The translations under genes were made by a program, and so were the position numbers. From NCBI RefSeq assembly GCF_009914755.1, contig NC_060934.1: 64,000 nucleotides of DNA, one strand, 5' to 3'. The notes beneath the pieces are model-generated. The model searched no databases. It had not been told where the DNA came from and saw only the letters and a program-made list of their open reading frames with translations. This DNA comes from the human T2T-CHM13v2.0 reference genome, Homo sapiens. Of this stretch, positions 1 to 15,823 are shown in pieces. The stretch's first letter is position 1; every line of letters starts with the position of its first letter.

Positions 1-1465
1 TGATCATTTCCCCCCTGCAGAGACCAATAAACTCCACATTTCCAGAGAAAGAGAGAGGAGAAAAAATAAGGGCTGCTGAGCAGGAGGGAGGGAAGCCTGA
101 CAAGGAGAAGATCGTTCTGGAAATGTACCAAATCATTGCGCGGGGCATGAAGGTACTGCTCTCCACAACTTCCTTAATGCTCAGCTAGTGGCCAAGCTAA
201 GGAAGCTCAAAGTAGCACCATGCAGACTCAAATAGTTCATCAATTAGGTAATAAGCAACAGAAGGTAAGTGCAGTTTCCTGGGAGGAAACCAGGGCCTCA
301 GACAGACACCAGAGCCCCTGCAGAAATGAACAGAGTTTCTTTCATTCCGCTCACAGGCCCGACTGAGATTTCATCTGCACACCCCAATTGGGGGGCAGCA
401 GGAGAGGCCAGGGTGGGCTGCCCTGTGTCGTGGAGGGGAGGTTTGCCTGCGGACCCCTCAGAAGCTGAGAAAAATCCCCAGGTGGCGTTTTCACAGCACC
501 AATGACCTCCATGGTCAAAAGATGTGGTAGCCAGGTGGCTGCTGGCTGTCCCTGCAAATATTTGGTTTCAGAGAATGAGTCGGATTACACAGTTTCATAT
601 TTGGAGGCTGAGAGAGCTGCGGCCGTAAGCCTCCATCCTGGCTTGTCTGCAGCAGCCAGTAGACAGCCCATAAAAACACGGGGCTTATGTTCACACAGAT
701 GGCTGTTGGTTTTATCGACTTGGGGAGAGGAGCAGAAGATGGTCACGGTGCAGCTGCCTGAGACTCTGTCAAATGGGTCTCAACTGCTGGGGACACAGTG
801 ACCATCGAGGGCCACCTGGGTCCTAGAGGCCCCATGAGGTCTGGACATTCTCAGAAGGCTCCCTCCACACCCCTGAAATGTGTACAGGACTCTGTCACTA
901 CCCACCTCCCAGAGCCACCACCCCACCTCCTCCCAGTCCCACCAAATGAATGACTAGGGCCCGGGCTTGAAGGATGGCCACAGCGCTGGTTCCTGTCCCT
1001 CTGGGTCTCAGGCTGGGCCTCCTTCCTTTCTCTAGGAGCCCACTCAATCCTTGGGAAACAATAATACACTGTTTCACCCTAAAATCGGTGCCTAAATTTT
1101 ATCTCTTCAAGGGTATCTTCTGTTTAATTGGGAGCTAAGCCTTGAATCAAAGAAACGGATCCGTCATTGCAGAATGTCTTACTTAGTAGATGGCATGAAG
1201 GGAGAGCGTCTGGTGCCCTGTGTGTTAACCTCATTGCAGGGAGGAGAAGAAAGTGGGCAGAGACCATCCCAGCCCCACTAAATCCACGCTACCGCCCGGG
1301 AGGATCCCAGAAAAGGCAGGGGAAGGGGCTTGGAGAGGGAGGCTGGCCACACGGTGGTGCTATTGCCCACGGCGGTCTAGTTGGCCTCCGAACTGGGGGT
1401 GGAGGGTGGGAAGTGGTTAGAACCATCCCCAGCAAAGAGAGAAGAGAGTGCTGACTTCAACTCAG

Positions 1466-1484
1466 TGGCAACCAGGGGGCATAG
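1466..1484 (+). promoter_or_regulatory. Candidate CTCF site
   Basis: TGGCAACCAGGGGGCATAG resembles the CTCF consensus TGGCCACCAGGGGGCGCTA and sits ~0.7 kb from the CpG island. Confidence 0.4.
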
Positions 1485-2209
1485 ATGAAAAAAACAAATT
1501 GCAAATTCTTCCACCTCGGCCTCAATCTCTGTGATAAAACCCTGCGGTTCTCTGATGATTTCTGGGGTGATGGGGTGGGGCTGGGTTAAGAAGAGACTTA
1601 TACTGTGATTCCTGGGTTGGGGGACGGCGCTACGACTCTAAGGTTTTAAGCAGTGATCCCAGCAGGTTAACTGGGGCAGTAAGTGCTGTCTTTCTCGGGG
1701 AGGGAGGGAGTTCAGCTCCAAAGGCGGCCTGGTTCGCAGGCTCCTTTCCCTAAGATCCTTTAGAAATCGTTCCCATCCCAGAAAGGAAGCTGGGGCGCAG
1801 CTGTGAGCGCCCCCCTCTCCCCCCGCCTGCCCCCACCCCCTCTGAGCTCCCCGCTTTGCTCTGAAAAAAACCAAAAGCATCTCTCGATGCTGGGGTTTCT
1901 TCACATAAAGTGATTACCACGTGTCAGAAATAAACTGCAGTCCCCTTTGGAGAACAGTGAGGTTGGATCAAAAAGGAGAACTATTTCAAAACATGCTGCC
2001 AGCTCGTCTTTTCAAAAATTTTTCTTTTTTTTCTTTTTTTTTGGATGTGGGGAGGAGGATTTCAAAAACAAAAAAAAGTAAGTCAGTATCTTCTCACAAC
2101 TGCAGCTGATTTCCTGTGTAAACGAAAACCATGTGATATTCCATAAATGCTTCCAGCTCTAAATTACAGGAAATGAAAACCATCATGGAAAAGGAAAGCT
2201 TTCAGAATA

Positions 2210-2950
2210 AATCCCCACTTCGGATCCCGCCGCGGCGAAGCTGCGCTGGGCCGCCCGCACACACCTGCGGGTCCCCGAGCTCGCCCGGGCGCCCCCGCCA
2301 CCGTCCCCAGAGCGCGCAGGGAGCGGGGCGCGCGATCACACCCTCCGCGCTGCGCCCGACCACTCGGGCTTTCAATTAGGAGCCAAGCTGAGAAAAGTAG
2401 GCTTTTCTTTATGCACGCCTCGCCGAGGTCAGGTTACGACCTCTCAACCGTCTTCAATCGGCGGTGGCATCCATATTCATGAAGGCTAATTAACTCTGAA
2501 AGGCTCGGCGGGGCTGGCCCTCCCCGGGCCGCCCAGCGCCGCCCCCCGCGGTGCAGGGGTGGGTGAGTGGGGGCACCGAGCCCAGTACCCTCTCCTCCCT
2601 CCCCCGACAACCCGCCAGGCATCTTCCCAGGGCCGCCCGGCCTCCGCAGCTGCTCCTGGGCCGGACTCCCGAGCACGCACTTGTGCGCGGGGACACGGGG
2701 TCCCAGGGCGCGGGGACCAGTCAGGCGAGGAGAATTAGCTGCGTCATTTGTCGCCATCCTAGCAACTCGAGCTTACTTCTCCCGATAGCTCCCTCCTGGC
2801 CGCTGCTCCCAGGGGCCGAATGTGGGAAAGGGATGCTAATTCCAAGTGAGAGTTCATGCTTGGGGTTTCAGGCAGCCTTGCAGATGGGCGGCCCTGGGAC
2901 CTAGGTTATAGCCCCAAGCCAATGGACTGTGGGGGCGCGCGGGGAAGTCA
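2210..2950. promoter_or_regulatory. CpG island (no associated coding TSS visible)
   Basis: Very GC- and CpG-dense, non-repetitive sequence. Contains GC boxes, TAATTA/AATTAG homeodomain-type cores (~2487, ~2733), TGCGTCA (~2740) and CCAAT (~2919). A CpG-rich shoulder lies at 1625-1890. Confidence 0.85.
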
Positions 2951-3433
2951 CTCCACCTCTCTGGGCTCTTTGCGTTTGCTCTGAGATGACAAGAGGCTGT
3001 TAGGCTGGAGAAACTCCTTTCCACTTAGTGAAACGTCCCAAGAGGTCTCTCCTGCGGCCTTATTTCCCCAGCTCTGCATGAGAATTTTTAGGTTTCCCAG
3101 TTCTGCAGGAGCCAGCAGGTTCTGAGGTTCCCAAGGGGTGGCAACTTGTAGGGTAACCTTTTCTACTTCTTCCTGTATCCATCAAGGTCCTTACATTTTA
3201 GATTTTACAAACGGACTTGAACTAGTTTAAGCAAACTAGAAAATTCTGTTTTGTGGATAGAGACTTTGCTCATGGACCCATGGGCCTGAGATACCTCCAG
3301 GCTCAGAAAGTTCTTCCTCCTTCTTTCACCTTTTCTTCTATATTCCTGCTGCTTTGTTTTTATTGGCCGACTGACTGCCTCAAGGCCTGTTTCTCAGTCC
3401 ACATAGGACAGAAGATGGTCCTGCCACTGTTTA

Positions 3434-3577
3434 TCAGTTTACATCTGCTCTATTCAACAGGGGAGTCCAGCCTGAAACTGCATCTCCAGAATTCAGGCAC
3501 AAAATTCAGTTTACATCTGCTCTATTCAACAGGGGAGCCCAGCCTGAAACTGCATCTCCAGAATTCAGGCACAAAAT
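3434..3577 (+). repeat. 72-bp tandem duplication (2 copies, 71/72 identical)
   Basis: 3434-3505 vs 3506-3577; the only difference is T3466/C3538. Confidence 0.97.
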
Positions 3578-3828
3578 ATGGGGCTGGCCCAGCTTAGATC
3601 ACATGCCCAGCTCTGGTCCAGCCAATTGAGAGCAGAGGGCCAGCCACATGGTACTCACTGCCACCATGGGACTGCCCTGTGGGTAGGGGATGAATCAGGG
3701 GTGAGCTGGCCAGAAATGGCTAAGAGCATCTTCTGCATGAACTCAAGCCTGATTTCAAGTGGGTGCAAGGTAATTTCTTTCAGAGACAGATAGCTCTCTG
3801 GGCTCCTGACCCAGAGTTGGCTTCACCT

Positions 3829-4297
<469 letters not shown>

Positions 4298-4722
4298 ATG
4301 GCTTCACCTAATAAGAAAGAGGAGGGGACAGAATTCCCAGTGCAGAATTCAGGGGCACCAGGAAGAACATACCTGACCTCCCTGTACTTCTTAGCAGGGA
4401 GCCAGGGATGAAGTCAGAGGCCCACCATGACCAGAGAAGCAGACGGAGAGCCCACTCTCCATCAGAGACACTTCTGTGGCTGGGCCTGCCTATGGTGATG
4501 GGATTGCCACACTAGGGCTCCTGCTGGGTCCCCTCCATCCTGCACTAAGATGAGAGGTCTAAGGCAAGCCCTGTGCCGCCCATTCTGGGGGAACCATGGC
4601 CTACCTGCAGATGCAACTACCAAATCAACACATTAGACCTAGTCGGGAAGTGAAATACTCAGAGTTCTTAATCCTAAAAAAAGGAAATCTGCTTTAGCTA
4701 GTCCATCAGAAAACGGATTTCA

Positions 4723-5105
4723 GTGTACTAGTCAAGATGCGCTAACCCTACAACAACTGCAAACTCAGAGTGGCTTAAGACAATAAGAGGTTTATTCCTT
4801 GTTCATGTCGCCATGCAGGCTAGTGATCCAAGAGCCCAGGCTCCTGTCTTCTCATGGCTCCAGGGCTCTTGTCATCTCCCAGCGGATCCTCTGCGCCTTG
4901 CTAGGCGATAAGAGTGTGGGTGATTGTGAGAGGCTTTAGGGACCAGGCATGGATGTCTGTCGCTTCTCTCCACGCTCCATTAGTTGGGACTCAGTCGTGT
5001 GGCCACGCCTAAGGGCAAGGAAGGCTGGGAAAGGCAGTTCAGCTCTGTGTGTGCCTGACAACGGGGACAAAATGGGACTGGTGAGCCCTGAGCCATTCTC
5101 TTGGG
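4723..5105 (-). mobile_element. MLT1 (J/K/L-like) MaLR LTR
   Basis: ctcagtcgtgtggccacgcctaagggcaaggaaggctgggaaaggcagt matches the reverse complement of the old MLT1 5' region; the gtggcttaagacaataagaggtttatt end is present. Confidence 0.7.
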
Positions 5106-7094
5106 AGATCAGAGCAAGCTCACAGAGTCATGGGCAGCCAGGAGTCAGAGTTGAAGCTAAACGTCCGGGAGCGATCCCTAAATCCCGCCACAGAACTTGC
5201 TGAGGAAACAGCAGTGGTTTCTGCCACTCATAAGCACAAAATGCCACAAATCTGCTTCATCACAAATGCCACATCTGCTAGATCTAATGGGACATGACCT
5301 TGCACTGTCTGGGAAACAGCATAAAAGCCAATGTCTCTGCCGTGGCTCAAAACAGAAAATTAATGCACCAGGCAGATTCCCTCCTGCACCTTTTTTCCCT
5401 TCAGGTTATTAATTTCCAAATTGAAGTCTTGCACAGGAGCATATGAAAGATAGACTTAGGTCACAAGACTTCTTCTTTCCTGCAAGGGATCCTGGGATTT
5501 TGAGTTCTCACTTTTACTCTGGGAAGGTGGGACTCATATTGTGAGCTTGTCCTGTAGTCAGGTAATAGATGGCATCTATGAGCAAGACAAATGTCCCCCA
5601 TTGGAGGTGAGCAAAGAGGGAGGCCCCTGGCTATTGCAGCTCTGGCTGGGCCTAGGTAAAATGGTGTTGAGGATGAGTTATAAACTATGTCCAAGCTTGC
5701 ACAAGCAAAAGGCCAAGTGGCAGAAACATAGGTCCTTGGAGTCAGGAGGAAAAGTCAAAGGTTATCAGTCCAGTTCCCAATTTCACACAGGCATCCTGTC
5801 TACCAAAAGTGCCCTATGATGGGTCAGCCCCACTGAAACATTCACCGGGATGGGTGACTCAGCACTGCCTTACAAGGCAGCCTCGTGGATCACTTTTTGT
5901 TCTTAGGAGTTTCTTTTTTTAGGTGAAGCAGAAACCTGGCTTTCTAGAACCTCTACCTCTGGCCTGAGTTCTGTCCTGGGAAGCCACACAGAACGAATCT
6001 GCTTTTCATGTGTATGACAATTTTAATGTTCCACTCTTCTGTGGTTTTTCTCATCTTCTTGAGGCTGAACATCCCTTCTTCTCTACACTCTGTTCCTCAC
6101 ATGGTGATCTCTTAAGAGAGACCCATGGGCAGAGGGTAGAGGGACAGATCCCCAAATGGCAGTGCTGTAAATTTCACCACTCCCTGAAACAGTCTCAGAG
6201 GGGTGCATACACATCCCAATGTGATTGATGGGAAAATGGAGAAATCAAAGCAAGAGAAGAAATCCAGGGTCCAGATCAAGACTTGGAACCACTGTCCTCG
6301 AGTTTCTGCGGACGCCACTCCCATGAGATCTGTCCTCCCTGGGCCCATTTAATGCACCACCTATCCCTGTGCTGGGTCCCAAGCCTGGGGAGCTTCACAT
6401 TGACACCTTCAACAGTTACTGCAAACAGTTACAGATGCTTCAGGTGGGACAGAGGTAAACAAGTCCTCTTGTAAGAGCCTCTAAGTTGTTGCTCTGAAGG
6501 TGAGTGTGGTGACAGTGGGGAAAGGGTTGTTTACCCTGAATTTTTCTGTTAGAAAAAAGAAGGAAATTTATGTCTCTTCATGAAATCCTACCTGTCATCT
6601 CTGCTGTGCTCAGCCTAACGGGTCCCCATGACAAAGGAAGGGAGCTCTTATCAAAGGAATCACTGGCGATTGTGTAGAGACGGTCTGGAAATGATGGCTA
6701 TAATAGATATCCATTGTGGCCAAGTTCAAATGTGGATATTTCACAGGATGGCCCGACCATCTAGACCTTGGACTTAAATCATTGTTCATTCCAGAAGTCC
6801 TGGATCCTTTGCTGTTTCCAACTCTCTTAACTCACTGTTTTCACAATTATGAAGGAAATAGAAGTTTATTGTAAATATCTGGAAAATATATATGTGTATA
6901 AAGAAAAAAACTAAAATGGCCAGGACCAACCACTGCTAACAATTTAGTGCCTCTGGTCTGGGTTTTTACATGTATTTGTGTATAGTCATGTTAATGTCAT
7001 GCTGTGTATACAATTTTGCAGACTTTTTCTCATTTAATGTTGGGTTGTGAGCATTTTGCCATATGGATTCTTAGAGAATATGGTTTAAGACTGG

Positions 7095-7830
<736 letters not shown>

Positions 7831-7884
7831 GGTCTTTAACTAAGTTCCTGGTGTGGGAACTTTAGGTTGTTTCTACTTTTCTTT

Positions 7885-8190
<306 letters not shown>

Positions 8191-9174
8191 ACTTTTTTTC
8201 TTTAAAAAGTACCCAGCTTGTGGTCTTCCGTCATAGCAGCAGAGAAGGGATTAAGACACACAGAAAATAGTGAAAGCCACATATGATCATGAGCCCACAT
8301 TCTCAGGACGCATCATCGTCCCACGGAATATCTCTCCATGTTGAGTCCCACCTAGGGTCCTGGTAAAACTGGGGAGGGGGACCCTGTGGACCCCTTGGCC
8401 TCCTGGAATGTCACTTCCTGGATGGTAACTCTCAGAAGACTTTCTGGCCAGGGCCCAGGAAGGGTCACCTCTGATAGAACCTTGATAGACTGCGGGGCAC
8501 TGTCCTGCCTGGAGAAGGCTGATTCCAGGAATAGGCTCTGTCACTTCTGCCTCCGCTGGGGAGGGGGCGTGGGGAAGAGAACTTAGCCTTGAACAAAAAG
8601 TACTGTTGTAAACGGAGTGAATCTTTTTATTTTACCAGAACCAGATGTATAAATGTACCAGGAAAAAGGGAAGCCAAAGGTTAGAAAAACAGACTACTGC
8701 CATCGGGAACAATGAAGTTTTATTGCCATGCTTGTCAATGGCTTGGAGTTTACAAGTTAAAAGCCTGTGCTAGACACACTGTGGGCCATTGGAGGGTGGA
8801 GGAGCCTCCTGCTGAGGATAGGAGAGCATGGGCAGGACAAGAACCTCCATGCCTGCGTCCAATACCAGGGGTGGCCAGGGCTCCCTGCCTGCCTCTGGAC
8901 ATCTAGATCCCTCTTCATAGACTATCTGCAGTTTGGAAGGTCCTCTTTGACTTGAATTCTCCACCATCAGCCAGGTCTCATCTGTGACCAAAATCTCATC
9001 ATTGTCTAAGCACCCAGATCATGACCCTCAGTATTGCATTCTGTGGTAGCCATGTTTGTTTACTCATCCACGGATGTCAAACCTGCAGAATATCAGACTC
9101 AGCCATGTGGAGACCTGGGTGTGTTCACGCTGATGTGTGAGTGTGTACACAATTCATATATTATTGCCAACTAT

Positions 9175-9262
9175 CAAAGACCACAATTACTTTTGCACCA
9201 ACCTAATTTAATTAATTCATTTTAATGGCAAAGACCGCAATTACTTTTGCACCAACCTAATA
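9175..9262 (+). mobile_element. MADE1/Hsmar1 TIR, two direct copies
   Basis: caaagacc(a/g)caattacttttgcaccaacctaat at 9175-9207 and 9229-9261, matching the Hsmar1 terminal repeat end. Confidence 0.85.
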
Positions 9263-9399
9263 CAGTGAGAACATCACCTTTTCCTTTGCTCCCAACTCGT
9301 CATTGTATACCTTTCCCCCTCCCTCCAAGTAAAAGCAGAGACATTCCTATGGCTCTCAGGTGCCACATGCCGTGGCCCCTGCCAACCCTCTGGCTCAGT

Positions 9400-9786
9400 C
9401 TCCTGCTCCACTCCAGCCACTAACCATTATGCCACTTTTCCACCATTAGGCAGGCTGCCACACTGTGCCCAGAATGTTCTGTCTCCAGATATCTGTTTTT
9501 CTCCCCTCCTTCAAGTCTTTTCTCAAATGTCACCTTCTCAGGAGACCGTGCCTGAGCATCCTGTTTACAACATTGTCCCCTCCCACCTCTACTTCCTACC
9601 CTCTTCCTGCCTTAATACCTCTCCATAGCATTTCTCACTTTCTAGCATACCATTTAATTTACTTGTGTATTATATATTGTCTCCATTACCCATATTATAA
9701 GCTCCCCAAGAGATTTTTTTGTTTTGTTCACTGCTGTAATCCTAGTGTCTAAAATAGTGCTTATCTGTTGAATGAATGAATGAATC
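9400..9786 (+). mobile_element. L2 3' end
   Basis: ctcaaatgtcaccttctca...tttgttcactgctgtaatcctagtgtctaaaatagtgc...tgttgaatgaatgaatgaat tail. Confidence 0.8.
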
Positions 9787-10009
9787 ACATATGGATTTCT
9801 GTGCAGAGCATTTCAAATAGTGGGCTGGACTTTCCTTCCAACACCCATCCTGGCTGTCTGGGTGTATTTAGGGAGTGCAATCTCATTCTGATATTAACCT
9901 GAGCTAAGCAGAATTTTAAAGGCAGAAGTTATAGAAAAATACTAAAGATATTCCCAAATCAAATACAATACATTGTTTGTGATGGTGTATTTGCTCACGC
10001 TAATGGAGT

Positions 10010-10370
10010 TGTATCAGACATCCCTTGTGCATACTTCAAATTCTCCTGGCCCTGCTGCAGTGGCCAATTCCAGGTAGACTCTGACTAGCTTTGCCAGGAG
10101 CCACCTGAAAACACCACCTCAGGCCCCTGCATTACACCTCTCCATTCCTGGCTCAGAACTTTTACTAGCACACAGAAAACTGCTTGGCATTTACACATGT
10201 GCAACTTGGAAATGTGGGGACTTAATGCTCATGGGTCCATTCTCAACCAGTGGGGAGAGAAATTGATGGATAAAGGCTTCTGCGTTTTGTCCCCTAGCAG
10301 GCAGTTTGGAGAACCACTCCTAAGTTCCTCGGAAGGTACCCTAGAAAGGAGTACCAGTCGTCTATATTGA
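10010..10370 (+). mobile_element. LTR16-family ERVL LTR
   Basis: ggggacttaatgctcatgggtccattctcaaccagtggggagagaaattgatggataaa resembles the LTR16 CCAAT/TATA region and lies directly 5' of ERVL gag. Confidence 0.6.
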
Positions 10371-10590
10371 TTGCCAAATGGTAAGTGGGTGGTGATAACA
10401 TCTGATATGCAATAGCATCATAATTATTCAAATGGTTACCTGCAGTGGATTGGGATGAGGTGCAGCTGGAAGGTAAAGTATTGGGATATGTGGTAGCTGT
10501 GGCATCTCAGCAGCGTAGAGACAATGGTAATTGCAAGGATTGCAAAGTTGGCCAGGTGTTGTTACCAGATAAGTTTAGGACAGGCAGTTA

Positions 10591-10927
10591 TAGTCATATG
10601 TCGCTTAATGACAGGGATACAGTGTGACAAATGGATTCTTAGGCAATTTTGTGGTGCAAACACCATACAGTGTACGTATGCAAACCTAGATAGTATGGCC
10701 TACTACACACCTAGGCTCTATGATATAGCCTTATTGCTCCTAGGCTACAAACATATATCTGATGTTACAGTACTAAATACTGTAGGCAGTTGTCACAAAA
10801 TGGTGTTTGTGTATCTAAATGTATCTAAACAAAGAAAAGGTACTGTAAAAATATGATATTATAATGTTATGGGAGCAACATTGTATATGTGGTCTGTGTT
10901 GACCAAAATGTTATGCACTGCAGATTG
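10591..10927 (+). mobile_element. Tigger3a (MER7A)-like DNA transposon inserted in ERVL gag
   Basis: tagtcatatgtcgcttaatgacagggatac...aaacctagatagtatggcctactacacacctagg...gattg with TA flanks. Confidence 0.8.
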
Positions 10928-11590
10928 TATTAACTCAAGGTACACTGTGGAAGCCAAAGAGCCTCTATGGCAGCGTTTAAGGGAATGATTATCACCTGCA
11001 GTCTGCAGGGCAGAATGTGCTGAAAATTAGATCCATGATCTAATCGTGAGACTGGCCAAACCACAATCCTTTGTCTCCCATGTCAAATTCGGAACACTGA
11101 TGGGAAAATAGTAGGACTCTGAGGCTTGGAATGAGGACATTTGTATAGATAATCCCCAAAAATCTTGAACCCAACTCCCCTGAATGTTCCAAGCTCTCAT
11201 CTGCTAGAGGAAAACAGCCTCTCCTTGCCTGGAAAACTTGAAAGACCTTACTTGCAGTAAGTAGCTTATGAGATGACATTCATTTATCCTTTTCAAGATT
11301 CACCTCAACTCTTTTTCTTCAGGATAATTATGCTTAAGTCTCAGCCCAGCCCAAATGGGGAAGCAGTCTGTGCTTTGGGAGAAAATAGCTTATATGCCAA
11401 AGGAATTAAAAATCTAGCAGGAATATGAGGAACAGGTATAGGAGAAGCTCTTAATGACACTGGACTGAGTATGTGGCGTAAATGTCAAAAAAGAAGTGAA
11501 TGTAGTGACTTGGGGATGTCATTCATGATTTGCGTTCAATTCCTAGTAAAGACACCTGAGCCAGTCCTCACACTGCCAGGAAGACTTCTT

Positions 11591-12252
<662 letters not shown>

Positions 12253-12490
12253 TGAAGTTTGGGTGTAATGGTAGACTTTAGTAAACGAGGTGGAGATGCC
12301 GGAGTTGCCCTTGCATAATATTGAGGAAAAAGTTGGAAGGCACAGGAACGTGGGAAGGTGAGAATGCAACTATTAAGTTAAGCTAGTTAATTCCTCATTT
12401 GGTCATCTTCTCTGTGAAGGCCCAAAGGACACTTCCTTCACTAAAGCAATAAGGAATATATGGGTGGTCGGGGTGAGGATGGCTGGTTGG

Positions 12491-13211
<721 letters not shown>

Positions 13212-15515
13212 GGTGGGGCATGATAGGATTCTGGGATGACAGAAACGAGGTGAATATAAATCCCTTAACAGTCAGTGAGGCCAGAGGCAGGCAGGGTAAC
13301 TTGACCTACAAGCCATTAAGCCCTGGTATTCTGAGGTCAGCTACATGCATAGGGGGTTGCCTGAGAGGTGGCAGTCAGGAAATTTACGTCAGGTATCACA
13401 GTGGAAAAATTCCAGCCCTTCCCAAGTCTCTGGACTGAGTTGGTTCCCAGACCCAAAGCCCAATAATTAAAATTGAGGCCAGGTACTTTTGAAATAGGTC
13501 ATGGCACCACTACCCCAAGTATGAGCAATAAATATTCCCCTAAGCCTTTCCTAAAAGGGCTTTTACCAAGGTAACCATGCACTGGGGAAAGGGACTCAGT
13601 CTTTCAAGGACTATTGGAATATTGGGTCTAGGAGCTGGGCTGATGCTGATACCAAGGAAAAAGGAGAGCCATCAAGTTCCTCCAACCAAGGAGGGGAGTC
13701 ATGGAGGTCAGGCAGTCAGTGGAGTCCCAGCCTCAGACTGACTCATATCCAGTGCACTCAACTATCCATCCTACAGTTACTTTCCCAGCCCTGAGTAGAG
13801 CTGGGACAGCTACACACAATAGTTGGCAGAACCCTTGCAGTGGTAGGAGCGGCTACATGGGAGCCTCTGACCCTGTGTAAATCCGAAGTGTCTCAGAGGA
13901 ACTTCAGTGGTTAGTACCATGGTAAAAAGCTTAAAAGATGCATAATTGTTGGTCCCCATCATTTCTCCATTCAGTGCACCTTTTCGGCCCATATAAAAAC
14001 CAGATGGGTCACAGAGGATGACAGTGAACTATTACAAGTGCCAACCAAGTGCCTCCTGCAATAAAGCTGCATGTGTTGTCACAGCCTCTGGCCCTTTGTA
14101 TGTTGCTCTTTCATCTGGCAAATTGCATTCTTTTCCGTCATAACCAGTGAGGAACAGCAAAATTGGAACTATGCAAACTCTCCATCTTTCTGACACAGCA
14201 CTGGCCAAGGGGACCTTGAGCATCTTGACATCCCACAGAACATCCTGCAGCTCCACCATATTGATGACATCCTGCTAATTGGATCCAGTGAGCAGGAAGT
14301 GACAAGCACTCCAAACACCCTAGTAAAACACAGGTGTGCCAGAGGATGCCAGAGAAACAAATATTCAGGATCCTTTTGCATTGGTGAGGCTTTCATAGTC
14401 CTTTAGTCCGGTGTATCTCCCACGAGAACATTCCCCATAAGATAAAGGACAAATGGTGGCACATTGCACCCTTCGCCACTAAGAGGGGGCTCCTTGCTTG
14501 ATGAAGCATTTGGTGGCCCGCTTTGGATTTTGGAGAAGGTATATATTGCATTTGCAAATCCTATTTGTCCCTACAACTCACTCACAGGTTTGCAGCCAAC
14601 AGGTGTGATGCTGTTCAAGGTATCTGGGATGGGCAAAGATGCTGTTTGGAACCTCCCCCAAGCACTAGTAGGAAAGTCACAGCATGGACCACTAGGGTTC
14701 TGGAGAAAGGCAGTCTTCACATTATTCTCACATATCTTTATTTGTTTCCTCCCTAGAATCCACCATTCCACTCCCTTACCCCCACCAGAATCTACCATTC
14801 CAGCCCTACCTCCAACCACCAAGAGCTGTCTTCTGGTGTCAATGGTACACCCAATGACAGACCATAAATTTGGTCTCCTATCCACAGGACAAGACCAAGT
14901 CCCTGTTGACACCCAGTATGCCTGGAACCTCTGACAAATCTCTGAAGATCAGAGCGACAATTTACTGGCCACAGCTGATCAAACAGTCTGTGATAGCAGA
15001 GAATGCAGTGCAAGCGCTGGAGAGGCCTCTGGGACCCCACTCAAAGACACCAAAAATATTCTAGCTTGCAGGGTGCCCTCACGTCCTTGGATGGTGACAA
15101 CAGGATTATTGCAAGACCTGCACAGGCCCAATGGGTGCAGATGAGCCTCCCAAATCATCTAGTCAATGAGACATCTCCAACCCGAATCCTCCAAGTCACA
15201 GGTTTTTCCAAAATTGTAGTGATGACGCTTGTGTGTATACCATTGGATCATTTCCATGAACGCAAAGAAAAGCACCTGCCACTCTGACTGACAGGAGCAA
15301 AAAATGTAGCTCAGCATACAGTAATGCTAGAAGTAAGTGCACTGGCACTGTGTGGGAGCCCAAACTCACCCTGCTCAGAGAGACAGGAGGTGGAAAGATG
15401 GATGGGGGTGAGCCCCAAGAGAGGGGCACCCACAGCCTCTCCCTCACCCCCATTACAGCACTTGGCTCTCTAGAGCTCACAGATTCCGTAAGTAGCTACA
15501 AAGGGCCTTACTTTA

Positions 15516-15823
<308 letters not shown>

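Noticed and set aside
262-270. Consensus splice donor AAG|GTAAGT
   Set aside because: An isolated donor with no supportable exon or ORF.
2434-2904. Overlapping Pro/Gly/Arg-rich ORFs in the CpG island
   Set aside because: Expected from stop-codon scarcity in GC-rich DNA.
4646-4655. ETS-IRF composite GGAAGTGAAA (also GGAAATGAAA ~2169) and scattered AP-1 TGA(C/G)TCA sites
   Set aside because: Short motifs expected by chance in 64 kb; no independent support.
14464-15287. ORFs with retroviral pol-like words
   Set aside because: Frameshifted ERVL remnants, not an intact or domesticated gene.
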